A stretch of 64,000 bases of DNA from Polyangia bacterium (GCA_036494575.1 DASXOE010000048.1:3521-67520); one strand, 5' to 3'. Positions 36,517 through 51,664 are shown, counted from the stretch's first letter. The notes: generated from the sequence alone by a model not told the origin. Translations and numbers: made by a program.

Positions 36517-36646
36517 GAGGGTCCCGCGCCCCCTGCTCCTGCCCACCCTCCATCCCACCACTCGCCACGCTCGGCCTCGCCGCGCCCCCGGCGGCGGCTC
36601 GAACGAGCGAAGCTCGTCCTCGCCGCGGCTGCGGTGTTCGCCGCGG

Positions 36647-39034
36647 TTAGCGAAGGCTGTCCGGGAGAAGCGGGGAGGGCGCGCTCGTGTACGTGACCCA
36701 GAGCTGGTGGGCGGCGCGCGTCATCGCGACGTGCAAGAGGCGGCGCGCGTCGTCGCCCGTGCCGTAAGACGACGCGTTGACGTCGAGCAGGATGACGATG
36801 TCGAACTCGAGCCCCTTCGTCTGACGCACGTCGGTGACGTCGATGCCGGGCGTGAAGGAGAAGTCCTGGTCGGCGACGAGCCTCAGGGCCGGGACCTCGG
36901 CGCGCGCAAGGGCGTCGTAATACAGCAGGGCCTGCTCCGGGTGGCGCGCGAGCAGGGCCACCGACGCCTCGGGCTCGGCGCGCACGAGCTCCTTGAGCGC
37001 GTGCGAGAGGAACTCCGTGCATTCACCGGCCGAGCCGAAACCAAAGGCTTCGACGGGCGCGCCGGCGCGCGGCGCGACCGGGCGCACGTCGCCCTGGAGC
37101 GGGCCGAGGACGTGCTCGGCCAGCTCGACGATCTCGCGCGTCGAGCGGTAGCTCACGCGCAGCGGCTCGATGCGCTCGTGCGCGATGCCGAGATCGTCGA
37201 GGAGCGCGGCCCAGTTCGAGAAGCCGTGCTCGGGCGCGATGGCCTGCGCCGTGTCGCCCGCGAGGGTCACCGAGCGTTGCCTGCTCGTCGTGTCGAGGAG
37301 CACGGCGAGCTCGAGCGGTGAGAAGTCCTGCACCTCGTCGACCATGAGGTGCTCGTAGGCGAGCGGCGCCATCCCTTTGGGGCCCGGGAGCGGCCCGCGC
37401 TGGAGCTGGTAGATCCTCAAGAGCAGGGCGTCGTCCTCGGCGTCGAAGGCGAAGCCCTCACCGTCGTCCTCGAGCTTGCCGCCCGTGCGCAGGCGCTCGC
37501 GCGCGACGCACCAACGGTGCAGGTCGTCGAGCTGGCCGTCGGAGAAGACGCCCGACGCGTGCGTCGCGAAGCCGGCGCGCAGGGCCTCGCGATCGGTGAG
37601 GAGCGCGGCCCACTCGCCCGTGACGTCGCGCGTGCGGGAGCGCAGCGCGCGCCCGACGTGCTCGAGCGCCGTCCTGACCGGAGGATCGAGCGCTGCGTCG
37701 CGCACCCACGTCGCGAAGGCCGTGACGCGCGCGTCGACGGGGCCGCCCGCCGCGGCCGCGTCCCAGGCCGCGAGCGCGTCGGTGACGGCCACGCGCGCCG
37801 CGGGCTCGGCGGCGAGACGCGCGAGCTCGGCGCGACACCACGCCGTGAGGGCTGTCTGGCGGTCGACGAGGATGCGCAGCATTGCCCCGTGCGACTTGGC
37901 GCGCATGACGACGGACGGCGTCTCGTCGGTGACGGGCACGTCGAGCAGCGGAAGCGCCAGCTTGCGCTTCTCGTGGGCCCAGGCGGAGAAGGTCAGGACC
38001 GGGACGCCCTCGACGTCGAGCGCCGGCAGCACGCGCGACACGTACGCGGCGAGCGCGCGCTGGTACACGATGATGAGCATCTTGTCGGCGCGGAAGCGGC
38101 GCGGCTCGGCGAAGGCCAGGTAGGCGATCCGGTGCAGGCCGATCGTCGTCTTGCCGCTCCCCGCGGAGCCCTGCACGGCGATGAGGCCCGACGCCGGCTG
38201 CGTGATGAGCTCGAACTGGCGCGGGTCGATGAGCGCCGCGATGGCGGGCAGGTGGCGGTCGGGGCGGCGCTGACCTTCGTCGTCGAGCCCCAAGCGGCCG
38301 CGCACGGCGGGCGCCGCGGGCTTGGGCGGCAGCGGCCGCGTCGGCAACATCGTCGCCGTGCTGCCGTCGCGCGCGATCTGGAGCTTGGCCTGCTGGGCGG
38401 CGACCTGCCGCCACGCGCCCGTCTTGAAGTCGCGGCTGAACGTGCCCTGAGGCGAGGCCACGCGCCGCAGCTCCGAATCGACGATCGCCACCGTGCGGCG
38501 CGCGAGGACCTCGCCCTCGACGAGCCGATCGCCGAGGCGCTCCTCGTAAAGGTCGCCCTCCTCGTAGCGATAGAACAGGCGCGAGACGGGCGCGTTGCGC
38601 CAGTCGACGATCTGGACGCCGCCGCCCGGCTCGACGTAGCTGCGCGCGCCGATGAGCACGTCCCGCCGCTTGCCCGATTCCTCGAGGCGCAGGTGGCCGA
38701 AGTAGGGCGATTTGCGATCGACGGGGGGGCTGTCGCCCTTGCCGCGCTGACGGGAGAGCGCTTCGATGCGGTGCATCTGCTCGAGGATCGAGCCCTGGTC
38801 CTCGGGCTTGGCCTCGGCGAGCGCGTCGCGCAGCTCGATGAGCGAGCCCGCGTCGTCGACGGGCGCGCGGCTCTTGCGCGGCGCCGCCCCGTCGAGCTTA
38901 CGCAGGACGACCGACAGGAGCTGCTGCTCCTCGACCACGATGGGCGCCGCCTCCTCCGCCTCGGGCGGGATCGCAGCGTCTCCTCCCGCCGCCGGGGACG
39001 TTTCGTTCTGCGGATCCAAGAGATCGGCCAGCAT
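36647..39034 (-). CDS. UvrD/Rep-superfamily helicase of the HelD/helicase IV type (RNA-polymerase-associated ATPase-like)
   Basis: The start was trimmed to 'MLADLLDPQ'. The N-terminal region 'SPYFGHLRLEE...VQIVDWRNAPVSRLFY' is HelD-like. Walker A is 'GSAGSGKTTIGLHR', with 'LMVDEVQDFSPLELAVL' and 'HVAMTRAAHQLWV'. Confidence 0.85.
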   Translation of the reverse strand: MLADLLDPQNETSPAAGGDAAIPPEAEEAAPIVVEEQQLLSVVLRKLDGAAPRKSRAPVDDAGSLIELRDALAEAKPEDQGSILEQMHRIEALSRQRGKGDSPPVDRKSPYFGHLRLEESGKRRDVLIGARSYVEPGGGVQIVDWRNAPVSRLFYRYEEGDLYEERLGDRLVEGEVLARRTVAIVDSELRRVASPQGTFSRDFKTGAWRQVAAQQAKLQIARDGSTATMLPTRPLPPKPAAPAVRGRLGLDDEGQRRPDRHLPAIAALIDPRQFELITQPASGLIAVQGSAGSGKTTIGLHRIAYLAFAEPRRFRADKMLIIVYQRALAAYVSRVLPALDVEGVPVLTFSAWAHEKRKLALPLLDVPVTDETPSVVMRAKSHGAMLRILVDRQTALTAWCRAELARLAAEPAARVAVTDALAAWDAAAAGGPVDARVTAFATWVRDAALDPPVRTALEHVGRALRSRTRDVTGEWAALLTDREALRAGFATHASGVFSDGQLDDLHRWCVARERLRTGGKLEDDGEGFAFDAEDDALLLRIYQLQRGPLPGPKGMAPLAYEHLMVDEVQDFSPLELAVLLDTTSRQRSVTLAGDTAQAIAPEHGFSNWAALLDDLGIAHERIEPLRVSYRSTREIVELAEHVLGPLQGDVRPVAPRAGAPVEAFGFGSAGECTEFLSHALKELVRAEPEASVALLARHPEQALLYYDALARAEVPALRLVADQDFSFTPGIDVTDVRQTKGLEFDIVILLDVNASSYGTGDDARRLLHVAMTRAAHQLWVTYTSAPSPLLPDSLR

Positions 39035-39088
39035 AATGGTGGTCGATCGCGATGTCACCTGGGTAGCAAGGGGCCCGGAAAACCCAAA

Positions 39089-39880
39089 ATGACCGACGGA
39101 CACCAGGACGAATCTACGGCCGTGCCAGAGCCGCGGGAGCCACCCGTGTTTGGCGCGAAGCGGGCGCTGCGGATCTTGATGGCATTTCTCGGCGTCCAGC
39201 TGGCCGTCGCGGTCGTCGTCGGCGTCTTCGCGGCGGCTCACGTCCTCACGGAGGGTGGCCGCGCGGCGCCCGGGGGCATCCAGCCGTCAGGCATCCAGAT
39301 CGACCTCGGCGTCTTGCTGGCCGCGGCCTTGGTCGGCACGCTGCTCGCGGGGGTGGCGGTGCTGCGCATGCTCCGGCGGTCTTTCGGTGAAGCGGGCGGC
39401 GACGCCGTGCGGGTCGAAGTGGGCTGGACGCCGGCCTCGGGCCGCGATTGCGCGGGCGCCGCGCTGACTGGCTTCGCGCTCATGGTGGCGTTCGCCGTCG
39501 TGGGGGCCGCGCTCCCTGTGCGTCCACACGCCTTGGGACCCCTGGCGCGCGCCGTGGGCGCGGGCGGCTGGGCGCGCCTGGCGTGGGCCGCGCTGGCCGT
39601 CGGCGTCGCGCCGCCGGTCGAGGAGCTGGTCTTTCGAGGCGCCCTTTACGCGGGCCTCGCGCGTTCCTGGCGGCCCGCGTGGGCAGCGCTCGTGACGACG
39701 ACGGTCTTCGTGGCCCTCCACGCCACGGAGATCGGCGCCTACTGGCCGGCGTGGATCGCGATCGCGCTGCTCGGCGCCTTCGCTCTGCGCGCGCGCCTCG
39801 CGACGGGCTCCTTGCTGCCGGCGATCGCGCTCCATGCGAGCTACAACCTCGGCCTCGTGCTCATCGCATACGCGCGGTGA
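39089..39880 (+). CDS. CPBP-family (CAAX/Abi) intramembrane glutamic protease
   Basis: The start was trimmed to 'MTDGHQDE'. It has several TM helices and the motifs 'VEELVFRGAL' (EExxxR), 'FVALHATE' (FxxxH) and 'LHASYNLG' (HxxxN). Confidence 0.85.
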   Translation: MTDGHQDESTAVPEPREPPVFGAKRALRILMAFLGVQLAVAVVVGVFAAAHVLTEGGRAAPGGIQPSGIQIDLGVLLAAALVGTLLAGVAVLRMLRRSFGEAGGDAVRVEVGWTPASGRDCAGAALTGFALMVAFAVVGAALPVRPHALGPLARAVGAGGWARLAWAALAVGVAPPVEELVFRGALYAGLARSWRPAWAALVTTTVFVALHATEIGAYWPAWIAIALLGAFALRARLATGSLLPAIALHASYNLGLVLIAYAR

Positions 39881-39981
39881 CCCGCGCGCTTCCAGTGGGC
39901 CCGTCGCGCTTCGCGGCGTGCAGACCGGCCGCCGGCGAAACTCCGACTGCTGAGAGCCAATCTGAGTTACGGTTTTTCGCG

Positions 39982-40572
39982 ATGAAGGGGCTCCTCATCG
40001 CCGCCGCGACCGCGGCGCTCGTCGTCGCCGGCGTCTACGTGCTGAACGCGACCGACGAGCAGCCTGTCGGCGCGCCCGCAGAGAGCACCGGTCAGATTCC
40101 CACGCCGCCCGACGCGGGCTCTCTGCGCAATCAGTTGCTCCACTCGACGCCGCAGCAGCTCGGAATCACGCCCGTGCGCGGCGTGTGGGGCGTGCTCATG
40201 GAACGCGGCTACGCCAAGGGAACGGCGACGATCATCGCGCTCGCCGACGGGACGGCGAGCATGTACCTCAGCACGGGCGGCGCCGTCGCGGGCGGCAGGG
40301 CCTATCCGCCGGCGCACGCCGCCGCGCTGAAGCTCTGCGAGCAGGCGGCCGAATCCTCGACAGAAACCGTCGCGGCGCAGGACTTTCCGCCGCCCGCGAA
40401 GGGACGCGTCCGTTTCTACGTCCTCACGACGGACGGCGTGCGCGTCGCCGAGGACGACATCTTGCCCCGCGCGACGGACGGCGGGCGCGATCCGCTCGCA
40501 CCGCTGCTCGCCGCGGGCGACGCCGTGCTCGACGGCCTCAAGGACGCCACGAGCAAAGGACTGATTCGCTAG
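39982..40572 (+). CDS. Hypothetical membrane-anchored protein
   Basis: 'MKGLLIAAATAALVVAGVYVL' is an N-terminal anchor. The third-position bias is coding-like. No homology recognised. Confidence 0.6.
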   Translation: MKGLLIAAATAALVVAGVYVLNATDEQPVGAPAESTGQIPTPPDAGSLRNQLLHSTPQQLGITPVRGVWGVLMERGYAKGTATIIALADGTASMYLSTGGAVAGGRAYPPAHAAALKLCEQAAESSTETVAAQDFPPPAKGRVRFYVLTTDGVRVAEDDILPRATDGGRDPLAPLLAAGDAVLDGLKDATSKGLIR

Positions 40573-40580
40573 GGGTCGCG

Positions 40581-44306
<3,726 letters not shown>

Positions 44307-44316
44307 GCTTCGGGTC

Positions 44317-45270
44317 CTATTTCTTCTTATGGGTCTGTTTCGGCTTGGTCGCGAAAGCGGTGACGACCTGAAAATAAGGCGCGCGCCGTTCGCGCGAGGT
44401 CACGTCGCAGGTCTCGACCTCGAGCCCTGTCTTTCCTAACAGGCGCCCGACGGCCGCGGGCGAGAAGCCGGCGTGCACGTGGCCGTAAGCCGACGTCACG
44501 TCGAGGTGCTCGTGCTCGCCCAGCGTGACGAGGGCGAGGGTGCCGCCCGGCCGCAGCACGCGCGCCGTCTCGGCGAGGGCGCCGCCCGCCTGCTTGAGGA
44601 AGGGCAGGACGTTGAGGAGCAGAACCTGGTCGAACGACGCGTCGTCGAAGGGCAGGTCCTGCAGGTCGGCCACGCGGCAGCGCGCGTTGGCGTGCCCCGC
44701 GAGGCGCACGCGCGCGGCGTCGACGAGCGTCTCGCTGACGTCGACGCAGGTGATGGTGCGCGCGCGCGGCGCCACGAGCTGCGCCGTCGCGCCGTCGCCC
44801 GCGCCGGCGTCGAGCACGTCGCCGAGGCGCAAGAGCCCGATCATGCTCCCCGCGAGGGCCTCCCAGGTCCGCCCCGGAGAGTAGTGCCGCTCCATCTCGC
44901 CTGCCACGGACTCGGGCCAGCGCGCGGCCGCCCGCCGCGCGCGCAGTTGCGCCGCGCAGCGCTGCTTGTCGGCGGCGAGCTGCTCGTCGTCGAGCGCGCC
45001 CGACACGAGCTGCCAGAGCTTGCGCGCCTGTCCCGGCATCTCGCCGTTCGAGAGGCTGTAGAACGTCGACCCGCCCACGCGCTTGTCGCGCACGAGCCCC
45101 GCCTCGCGCAGCTTCCCGAGGTGCGTCGACACGCGCGACTGCCCGAGCTCGGTGATGCTCGTCAGCTCGTTGACCGTCAGCTCGTGCTCCGCGAGCAGCG
45201 CGAGCAGGCGCACGCGCGAAGGCTCGGCCAGCAAGCCGAGCAGGTCGGCCGTCGAGTGGAGCGTTTCCAT
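44317..45270 (-). CDS. ArsR-family wHTH regulator fused to a class I SAM-dependent methyltransferase domain
   Basis: The start was trimmed to '[60 protein letters not shown]' (ArsR HTH). 'VLDAGAGDG' is the SAM motif I. The stop lies 10 nt upstream of metH. Confidence 0.85.
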   Translation of the reverse strand: METLHSTADLLGLLAEPSRVRLLALLAEHELTVNELTSITELGQSRVSTHLGKLREAGLVRDKRVGGSTFYSLSNGEMPGQARKLWQLVSGALDDEQLAADKQRCAAQLRARRAAARWPESVAGEMERHYSPGRTWEALAGSMIGLLRLGDVLDAGAGDGATAQLVAPRARTITCVDVSETLVDAARVRLAGHANARCRVADLQDLPFDDASFDQVLLLNVLPFLKQAGGALAETARVLRPGGTLALVTLGEHEHLDVTSAYGHVHAGFSPAAVGRLLGKTGLEVETCDVTSRERRAPYFQVVTAFATKPKQTHKKK

Positions 45271-45330
45271 ATCCGCGTATCCTGATTGATAGATAGCAGA
45301 AAGATGCCTCCGCGGCAAACGCCGGCCGAG

Positions 45331-46746
<1,416 letters not shown>

Positions 46747-46823
46747 GAACCAGCGATCTATAGCGCGAAATGCGGTGGTTTTGGCGGTTGCTCGCGTGCG
46801 GCGATCGGAACATCATCGCGCCG

Positions 46824-47609
46824 ATGCGATGCTCCAGTCTCGCCGGGACGGCGCTGGCCCTCATGCTCTTCGCCGCCCGCGCCCAAGCCGCGCCCGAGTG
46901 GATCTACCGCGGCCTCACGCTGCCGCGCGGGGACATCGCGCTCGATCTCGGCCTCGGCTATGGCCAAGAGCCCGCCGGCGCCAACCGCTCGATCGGCGGC
47001 TTCGGCATGAACCTCGAGATAGCGGCCGGCGTGACCCACGACCTCGAGCTCGGCTTTCGCACGGGCGTGCGCTTCGACGACGACGGACAGGCGACGCACG
47101 CCGACGTCTACGGCCGGACGTTCGACACCGAGACCTATGACGTCGGCGGCGATCGCATGGCCAACCCCGAGCTGCGCATGCGCTGGACGGTCGCGCGCGG
47201 CGCTCTGGTCCACCTCGGCCTCGAGGCGCGCGCCTACCTGCCCGTCGCGACTGGCACGTACTTCGGCGTCATGTTCGGCGTCCCTCTCGCGCTCCGCCTC
47301 GGCAGCGTGCGCATCGACACCGGCCTCTACGTGCCGATCATCTTCAGCGACCCTACGACGACAAGCATCGTCAGCATCCCGATCCACGTCTGGATCCAAG
47401 CCTCGCCGACGTTCTGGCTCGGACCGCTGCTCGGCATTCAGATCGACAGCCCGGGGAGCCACAACGCCTATCCGTTCGGCTTCGGCCTCGGCTCGGCGCT
47501 GAGCCGGCAGGTCGACCTTCGCGCCTGGGTCCTCTTCCCCGATCTGAACCACGACGAGGCGGCGCGTACCTTCGGCGTGGGCGTGGGGCTGCAGATTCGT
47601 TTCGAGTGA
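46824..47609 (+). CDS. Hypothetical secreted protein, probably an outer-membrane beta-barrel
   Basis: The start was trimmed to 'MRCSSLAGTALALMLFAARAQA' (signal peptide). It has alternating beta-strand patterns and a C-terminal 'GVGVGLQIRFE'. Confidence 0.55.
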   Translation: MRCSSLAGTALALMLFAARAQAAPEWIYRGLTLPRGDIALDLGLGYGQEPAGANRSIGGFGMNLEIAAGVTHDLELGFRTGVRFDDDGQATHADVYGRTFDTETYDVGGDRMANPELRMRWTVARGALVHLGLEARAYLPVATGTYFGVMFGVPLALRLGSVRIDTGLYVPIIFSDPTTTSIVSIPIHVWIQASPTFWLGPLLGIQIDSPGSHNAYPFGFGLGSALSRQVDLRAWVLFPDLNHDEAARTFGVGVGLQIRFE

Positions 47610-47631
47610 GATCGGGTATCCTCGTTCGGTC

Positions 47632-49569
47632 ATGGTGGACGAGTCAGAGGGGGCCAAGGGGGGGCCGGCGGTCGGGGGCGTCGCCAATCGACTCGAGCTG
47701 TTCTTCGATTTGTCGCCCGACCTGCTCTGCATCGCCGCGCTGGACGGATATTTCCGGCGCCTGAATCCGGCGTGGGAGCGCGTGCTCGGCTACCCGCTGG
47801 CCGAGATCTACGCCATGAGCTGGCTGGAGCTCGTTCACCCCGACGATCGGGCCCGTACGTTGTCGGACTTCGGGCGCGCCGACAAGTCGGGCACGATGTT
47901 CTTCGAGAACCGCTATCGCCACCGCGACGGCTCTTATCGTTGGCTCGAGTGGAGCGCCATCCAGGTCCCCGACGATCGCGGGTACTACGCGGTCGCGCGC
48001 GACGTCACCGAGCGGCGCGCCGAGCAGGAGCGCCTGCGCGCGAGCGAGGCGTACAAGATGGCCGTACACGAGGCTTCGACGGATCCGATCGTGGCGCTCG
48101 ACGGCCAGGGGCGCGTGCTGGACTTCAACGCGGCGGCCGAGCGCGCGTACGGCTACAGCGCTGGGCAGGTCGTGGGGACCTCCTTCGCCGAGTTCGCCGT
48201 CCCGCCCGACCGGCGCGCGGCCTTCGGGGCGGACCTCGTCCGCTTCGGCAAGGCCGAGGGGCGCATCGTCGAGTTCCGCGTCGAGCAGGTCGGCTTGCGC
48301 GCGGACGGTTCGCGCTTCCCCTTCGAGCTGACCGTGACGCGGCTCGAGGGCGGCCCGTCGGTCTACATGGCGTTCATCCGCGATGTCACCGACGCCAAGC
48401 GCGGCGAGGAAGAACGGCGCAGCCTCGAGGATCAAGTCCGCCAGGCGCAGAAGATGGAGGCCGTCGGGCGTCTCGCGGGCGGCGTCGCGCGGGACATCAA
48501 TGAGCTCCTGGGAGCGATTGCCGGCTTCGCGGACGTCGCCGGCTCCGCCGCGCCCGCGGGCGGGCTCGCGCGGGAGCGGCTCGAGAAGATGAAGAGGGCC
48601 TCGGAGCGCGCCGTTAGCCTCGTCGATCGGCTGCTCGCCTTCGGCCGCCGCCAGTCGCTCGCGCCACGGGTCACCGACGTCAACGCCCTCATCCGCGAGC
48701 TCGAGCTCGTCGTGCGTGGCCTCATGCGCGACGACGTTTCGCTCCAGCTCGCGCTCGACGACCGCGTCGCGCGCGTCAAGGCCGATCCGACGCAGCTACA
48801 GCAAGCCCTCGTCAACCTCGTCGTCAACGCGCGGGAAGCCATGCCGGCGAAGGGCAGGCTGCGCCTCACGACGAGCAACGTCGACCTCGAGGCGGCAAAT
48901 CTGCCTTCGGGCGTGGAGGCCAACGCCGGTCCGTACGTCCGCATCACCGTGGAGGACAATGGCCTGGGCATGAGCCGTGACGTCGCGTCTCGGGCCTTCG
49001 AGCCCTTCTTCACGACCAAGGAGTCGACCGGGGCGTCGGGGCTCGGCCTGTCGACGGTGTACGGGATCATCGCTCAGAGCGGCGGCTTCGTCCGCGTCCA
49101 GTCGGCGCCCGGGCGGGGCACGATCGTGCAGGTGTTGCTGCCCGCCGTCGAAGAGCCGCGTGAGCGCGTGGCCGCGGCGGCCTCGGCATCATCGACCACG
49201 ATCTTGCTCGTCGAGGACGAGGAGGCGGTGCGGCAGCTCGTGCGCCGTATCCTCGAGAGCCACGGCTACAAGGTGCTGCTCGCGCGCCACGGCGGCGAGG
49301 CCCTCGAGCTCATCCACCAGGTCGACCTGCCGATCCAGCTCCTCCTCACCGACGCGGTCATGCCCGTGTTGAGCGGACCCGAGCTGCTCCGGCGCGCCAT
49401 CGCGCTGCGCCCCCAGATGAAGCTCGCCATCATGTCGGGCTACACGGATCGTCCGGCCGTCACGGGCGTGCCGTTCATCGGCAAGCCGTTCACGCCCGCC
49501 GAGCTCGAGCGGCGCGTGCGCGAAATCCTCGACGCGCCGCCGCTGGCGGCGCATCCATCGGCGAAATGA
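47632..49569 (+). CDS. PAS-PAS hybrid sensor histidine kinase-like protein with a C-terminal receiver domain; the H-box phospho-acceptor His is replaced by Arg
   Basis: There are two PAS-like blocks ('NPAWERVLGY', 'RYRHRDGSYRWLEW', 'FIRDVTD'). The HATPase N/G boxes are 'NLVVNAREAM', 'DNGLGM' and 'GASGLGLS'. The REC domain has 'ILLVEDEE...LLLTDAVMP...GKPF'. The H-box reads 'LAGGVARDINELL' instead of the usual '...AHDFNNLL'. Confidence 0.88.
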   Translation: MVDESEGAKGGPAVGGVANRLELFFDLSPDLLCIAALDGYFRRLNPAWERVLGYPLAEIYAMSWLELVHPDDRARTLSDFGRADKSGTMFFENRYRHRDGSYRWLEWSAIQVPDDRGYYAVARDVTERRAEQERLRASEAYKMAVHEASTDPIVALDGQGRVLDFNAAAERAYGYSAGQVVGTSFAEFAVPPDRRAAFGADLVRFGKAEGRIVEFRVEQVGLRADGSRFPFELTVTRLEGGPSVYMAFIRDVTDAKRGEEERRSLEDQVRQAQKMEAVGRLAGGVARDINELLGAIAGFADVAGSAAPAGGLARERLEKMKRASERAVSLVDRLLAFGRRQSLAPRVTDVNALIRELELVVRGLMRDDVSLQLALDDRVARVKADPTQLQQALVNLVVNAREAMPAKGRLRLTTSNVDLEAANLPSGVEANAGPYVRITVEDNGLGMSRDVASRAFEPFFTTKESTGASGLGLSTVYGIIAQSGGFVRVQSAPGRGTIVQVLLPAVEEPRERVAAAASASSTTILLVEDEEAVRQLVRRILESHGYKVLLARHGGEALELIHQVDLPIQLLLTDAVMPVLSGPELLRRAIALRPQMKLAIMSGYTDRPAVTGVPFIGKPFTPAELERRVREILDAPPLAAHPSAK

Positions 49570-50084
49570 CCGAAGGGCCTTCCACGGAGCCGGCGCGGGC
49601 GCGCGAGCTCATCGCACGGCTCGGCCTCGCGCCCCATCCGGAGCGCGGCTACTACGTCGAGACCTACCGTTCGCCGCTCGTGCTCGCAGGCTTGCCACAC
49701 GGCGCGCCGCGAGCCGCGAGCACGGCGATCTATTTCCTGGTGACGCGGACGGAGCCGACGACGTTCCTCCACCGGCTGCGCTCCGACGAGGTCTTTCACC
49801 TGTACGAGGGTGGCCCGCTCGACGTGCTGCTCCTACGCGACGGCAGCGCTGGTGAGGTGGCCCGCCTCGGACGGGACGTCGCGGCGGGCGAGCGGCCGCA
49901 GCTCGTCATCCCGGCGGGCACGTGGTTCGCCGTGGAGCTCGCAGCGGAGGCGCCGCACTGTCTCTTCGGCTGCACGGTCGCGCCGGGCTTCGACTTCGCC
50001 GACTTCGAGCTCGCCCGCGGGCCCGAGCTCGCGGCGCGCTTTCCGGCTCACGCCGCGCGCATCGCGCGCATGGCGCGGCCGTAG
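49566..50084 (+). CDS. Cupin-fold protein (DUF985-like)
   Basis: The ATG overlaps the kinase stop (ATGA at 49566-49569). 'HPERGYYVETYRS', 'TAIYFLV', 'FHRLRSDEVFHLYEGGPL' and 'GCTVAPGFDFADFEL' are typical of the DUF985 cupin family (from memory). Confidence 0.75.
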   Translation: MTEGPSTEPARARELIARLGLAPHPERGYYVETYRSPLVLAGLPHGAPRAASTAIYFLVTRTEPTTFLHRLRSDEVFHLYEGGPLDVLLLRDGSAGEVARLGRDVAAGERPQLVIPAGTWFAVELAAEAPHCLFGCTVAPGFDFADFELARGPELAARFPAHAARIARMARP

Positions 50085-50102
50085 CCGTGACAGCCCCGGC
50101 CC

Positions 50103-50873
50103 TCAGTCGCGCCGGCGACCGCCGAAGATCCGAAGCAGCATGAGGAAGAGGTTGATGAAATCGAGGTACAGCATGAGGGCGCCCCGGAGCGCGGCCTTGC
50201 GGCCCTGGTCACCCGAGACGTCCGTCATGGCGGCGAGCTGCTTGAGCTTGGCCGTGTCGTAGGCGGCGAGGCCCGTGAAGACGATCACGCCCATGAAGGT
50301 CGTCAGCCAGTAAATGGCGGGGCTGCCCAGGAAGAGGTTCACGATCGACGCCAGCACGAGGCCGATGAGGCCCATGAAGAGGAAGCTGCCCATCCCGTCG
50401 AGGTTGCGCTTCGTGAGGTACCCGTAGGCGGACAGGCCCGCGAAGGCGCCAGCCGTCACGAAGAACGTGCCCGCGATCGAGGCGCGCGTGTAGACGAGGA
50501 AGATCGTCGAGAACGTCACGCCGGACAGCGCCGCGTAGGCGAAGAACATGAAAGCCGCCGTGCCGGCGCTCACGCGCGAGAGCAGCCCCGTGAAGGCGAT
50601 CACCATGACGAGCTGCGCGATGACCAGCAGCATCATCACGCCGCGGTTCATCACGAAAAGCTCGAGCGCGGCCGGGCTAGAGGCGACGAGCAGGGCCACG
50701 ACGCCGGTGACGGCCAAACCCAGCGCCATGATTTGATAGACGCGCCTCAGAAAGCCGTTCGCGACCTCCGCCGAGACATTCGCGCCGCCGGCCGTGGTGC
50801 CCCCGAAGGCGCCGAAGCCGCTCCCGACGTTCACCCGTTCGCTATCTCTCGCGATCCACGCCATGAGCTTCAT
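50103..50873 (-). CDS. Bax inhibitor-1/YccA-family membrane protein
   Basis: It has seven hydrophobic segments, with 'FLRRVYQIMALGLAVTG' near the N-terminus and a basic C-terminal tail 'LRIFGGRRRD'. Confidence 0.85.
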   Translation of the reverse strand: MKLMAWIARDSERVNVGSGFGAFGGTTAGGANVSAEVANGFLRRVYQIMALGLAVTGVVALLVASSPAALELFVMNRGVMMLLVIAQLVMVIAFTGLLSRVSAGTAAFMFFAYAALSGVTFSTIFLVYTRASIAGTFFVTAGAFAGLSAYGYLTKRNLDGMGSFLFMGLIGLVLASIVNLFLGSPAIYWLTTFMGVIVFTGLAAYDTAKLKQLAAMTDVSGDQGRKAALRGALMLYLDFINLFLMLLRIFGGRRRD

Positions 50874-50998
50874 CTAGCACGGCGCCGCGCCTCGCGCACG
50901 CGGCCCGCCGTCGCGTGAGTGCCTGATTTTCATGGGGCAAACCCGCGGCCGCACCGGGTTTCGGGGGTGCGGTCTTCATCCTCGGAGATCGGGCGCGT

Positions 50999-51664
50999 AT
51001 GGTAACGTCGGCGGCCGTTTTGATGACGGCTCGCATGATCTCCGCGCAGGAAGCACTGCAACGTCTCCAGGAAGGGAACATCCGCTTCACGCTCGACGTG
51101 CGTGGGCCGGATGCCTTCCTGAACCAGAGCCGGCGCGAGGAGCTCAAGAACAACCAGGAGCCCTTCGCGATCATCCTCGGCTGCGCCGACTCGCGCGTCC
51201 CCGCGGAGATCGTCTTCGACCAGGGGTTGGGCGATCTGTTCGTCATCCGCATCGCCGGGAACATCGTGGCGCCCTCCGGCATCGGCAGCGTCGAGTTCGC
51301 GGCGTCGCGCTTCGGCACCCGCCTCGTCGTCGTGCTCGGGCACTCGCGCTGCGGCGCCATCCTCGCGACGCTCGAGGAGCTGCGCCGCCCCACGGAGAAC
51401 CAGTCGCGCAACCTGCGCTCGATCGTCGATCGCGTGCGGCCGTCGGTCGAGGGCCTGCTCGCCGCCGACCCGCGGCCTGACCTCGACGCCGTCGTCAAGG
51501 AGGCCGTGCGCGCCAACATCCGCGCGTCGGTACGGAACCTGCGCAAGGGCTCTGAGATCCTCGAGCAGCTCGTCCAGGACGGCAGCCTCACGATCGTGGG
51601 CGCCGAGTACTCGCTAGAGACCGGCGTCGTCGAGTTCCTCGACGGCGCCCTCGAAGCGAGCTGA
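50999..51664 (+). CDS. Beta-class carbonic anhydrase
   Basis: 'ILGCADSRVP' (CxDxR) and 'VVLGHSRCGA' (HxxC) are the zinc ligands, with 'VIRIAGN' between them. An alternative start is the ATG at 51035. Confidence 0.9.
   Translation: MVTSAAVLMTARMISAQEALQRLQEGNIRFTLDVRGPDAFLNQSRREELKNNQEPFAIILGCADSRVPAEIVFDQGLGDLFVIRIAGNIVAPSGIGSVEFAASRFGTRLVVVLGHSRCGAILATLEELRRPTENQSRNLRSIVDRVRPSVEGLLAADPRPDLDAVVKEAVRANIRASVRNLRKGSEILEQLVQDGSLTIVGAEYSLETGVVEFLDGALEAS

Noticed and set aside
37349-39088. The upstream 580 codons of the 843-aa plus-strand ORF 37349-39880.
   Set aside because: This part is antisense to the HelD-like helicase and is Arg/Gly/Asp-rich nonsense. Only the distal part, from the ATG at 39089, has TM helices and CPBP motifs, so the gene was trimmed.
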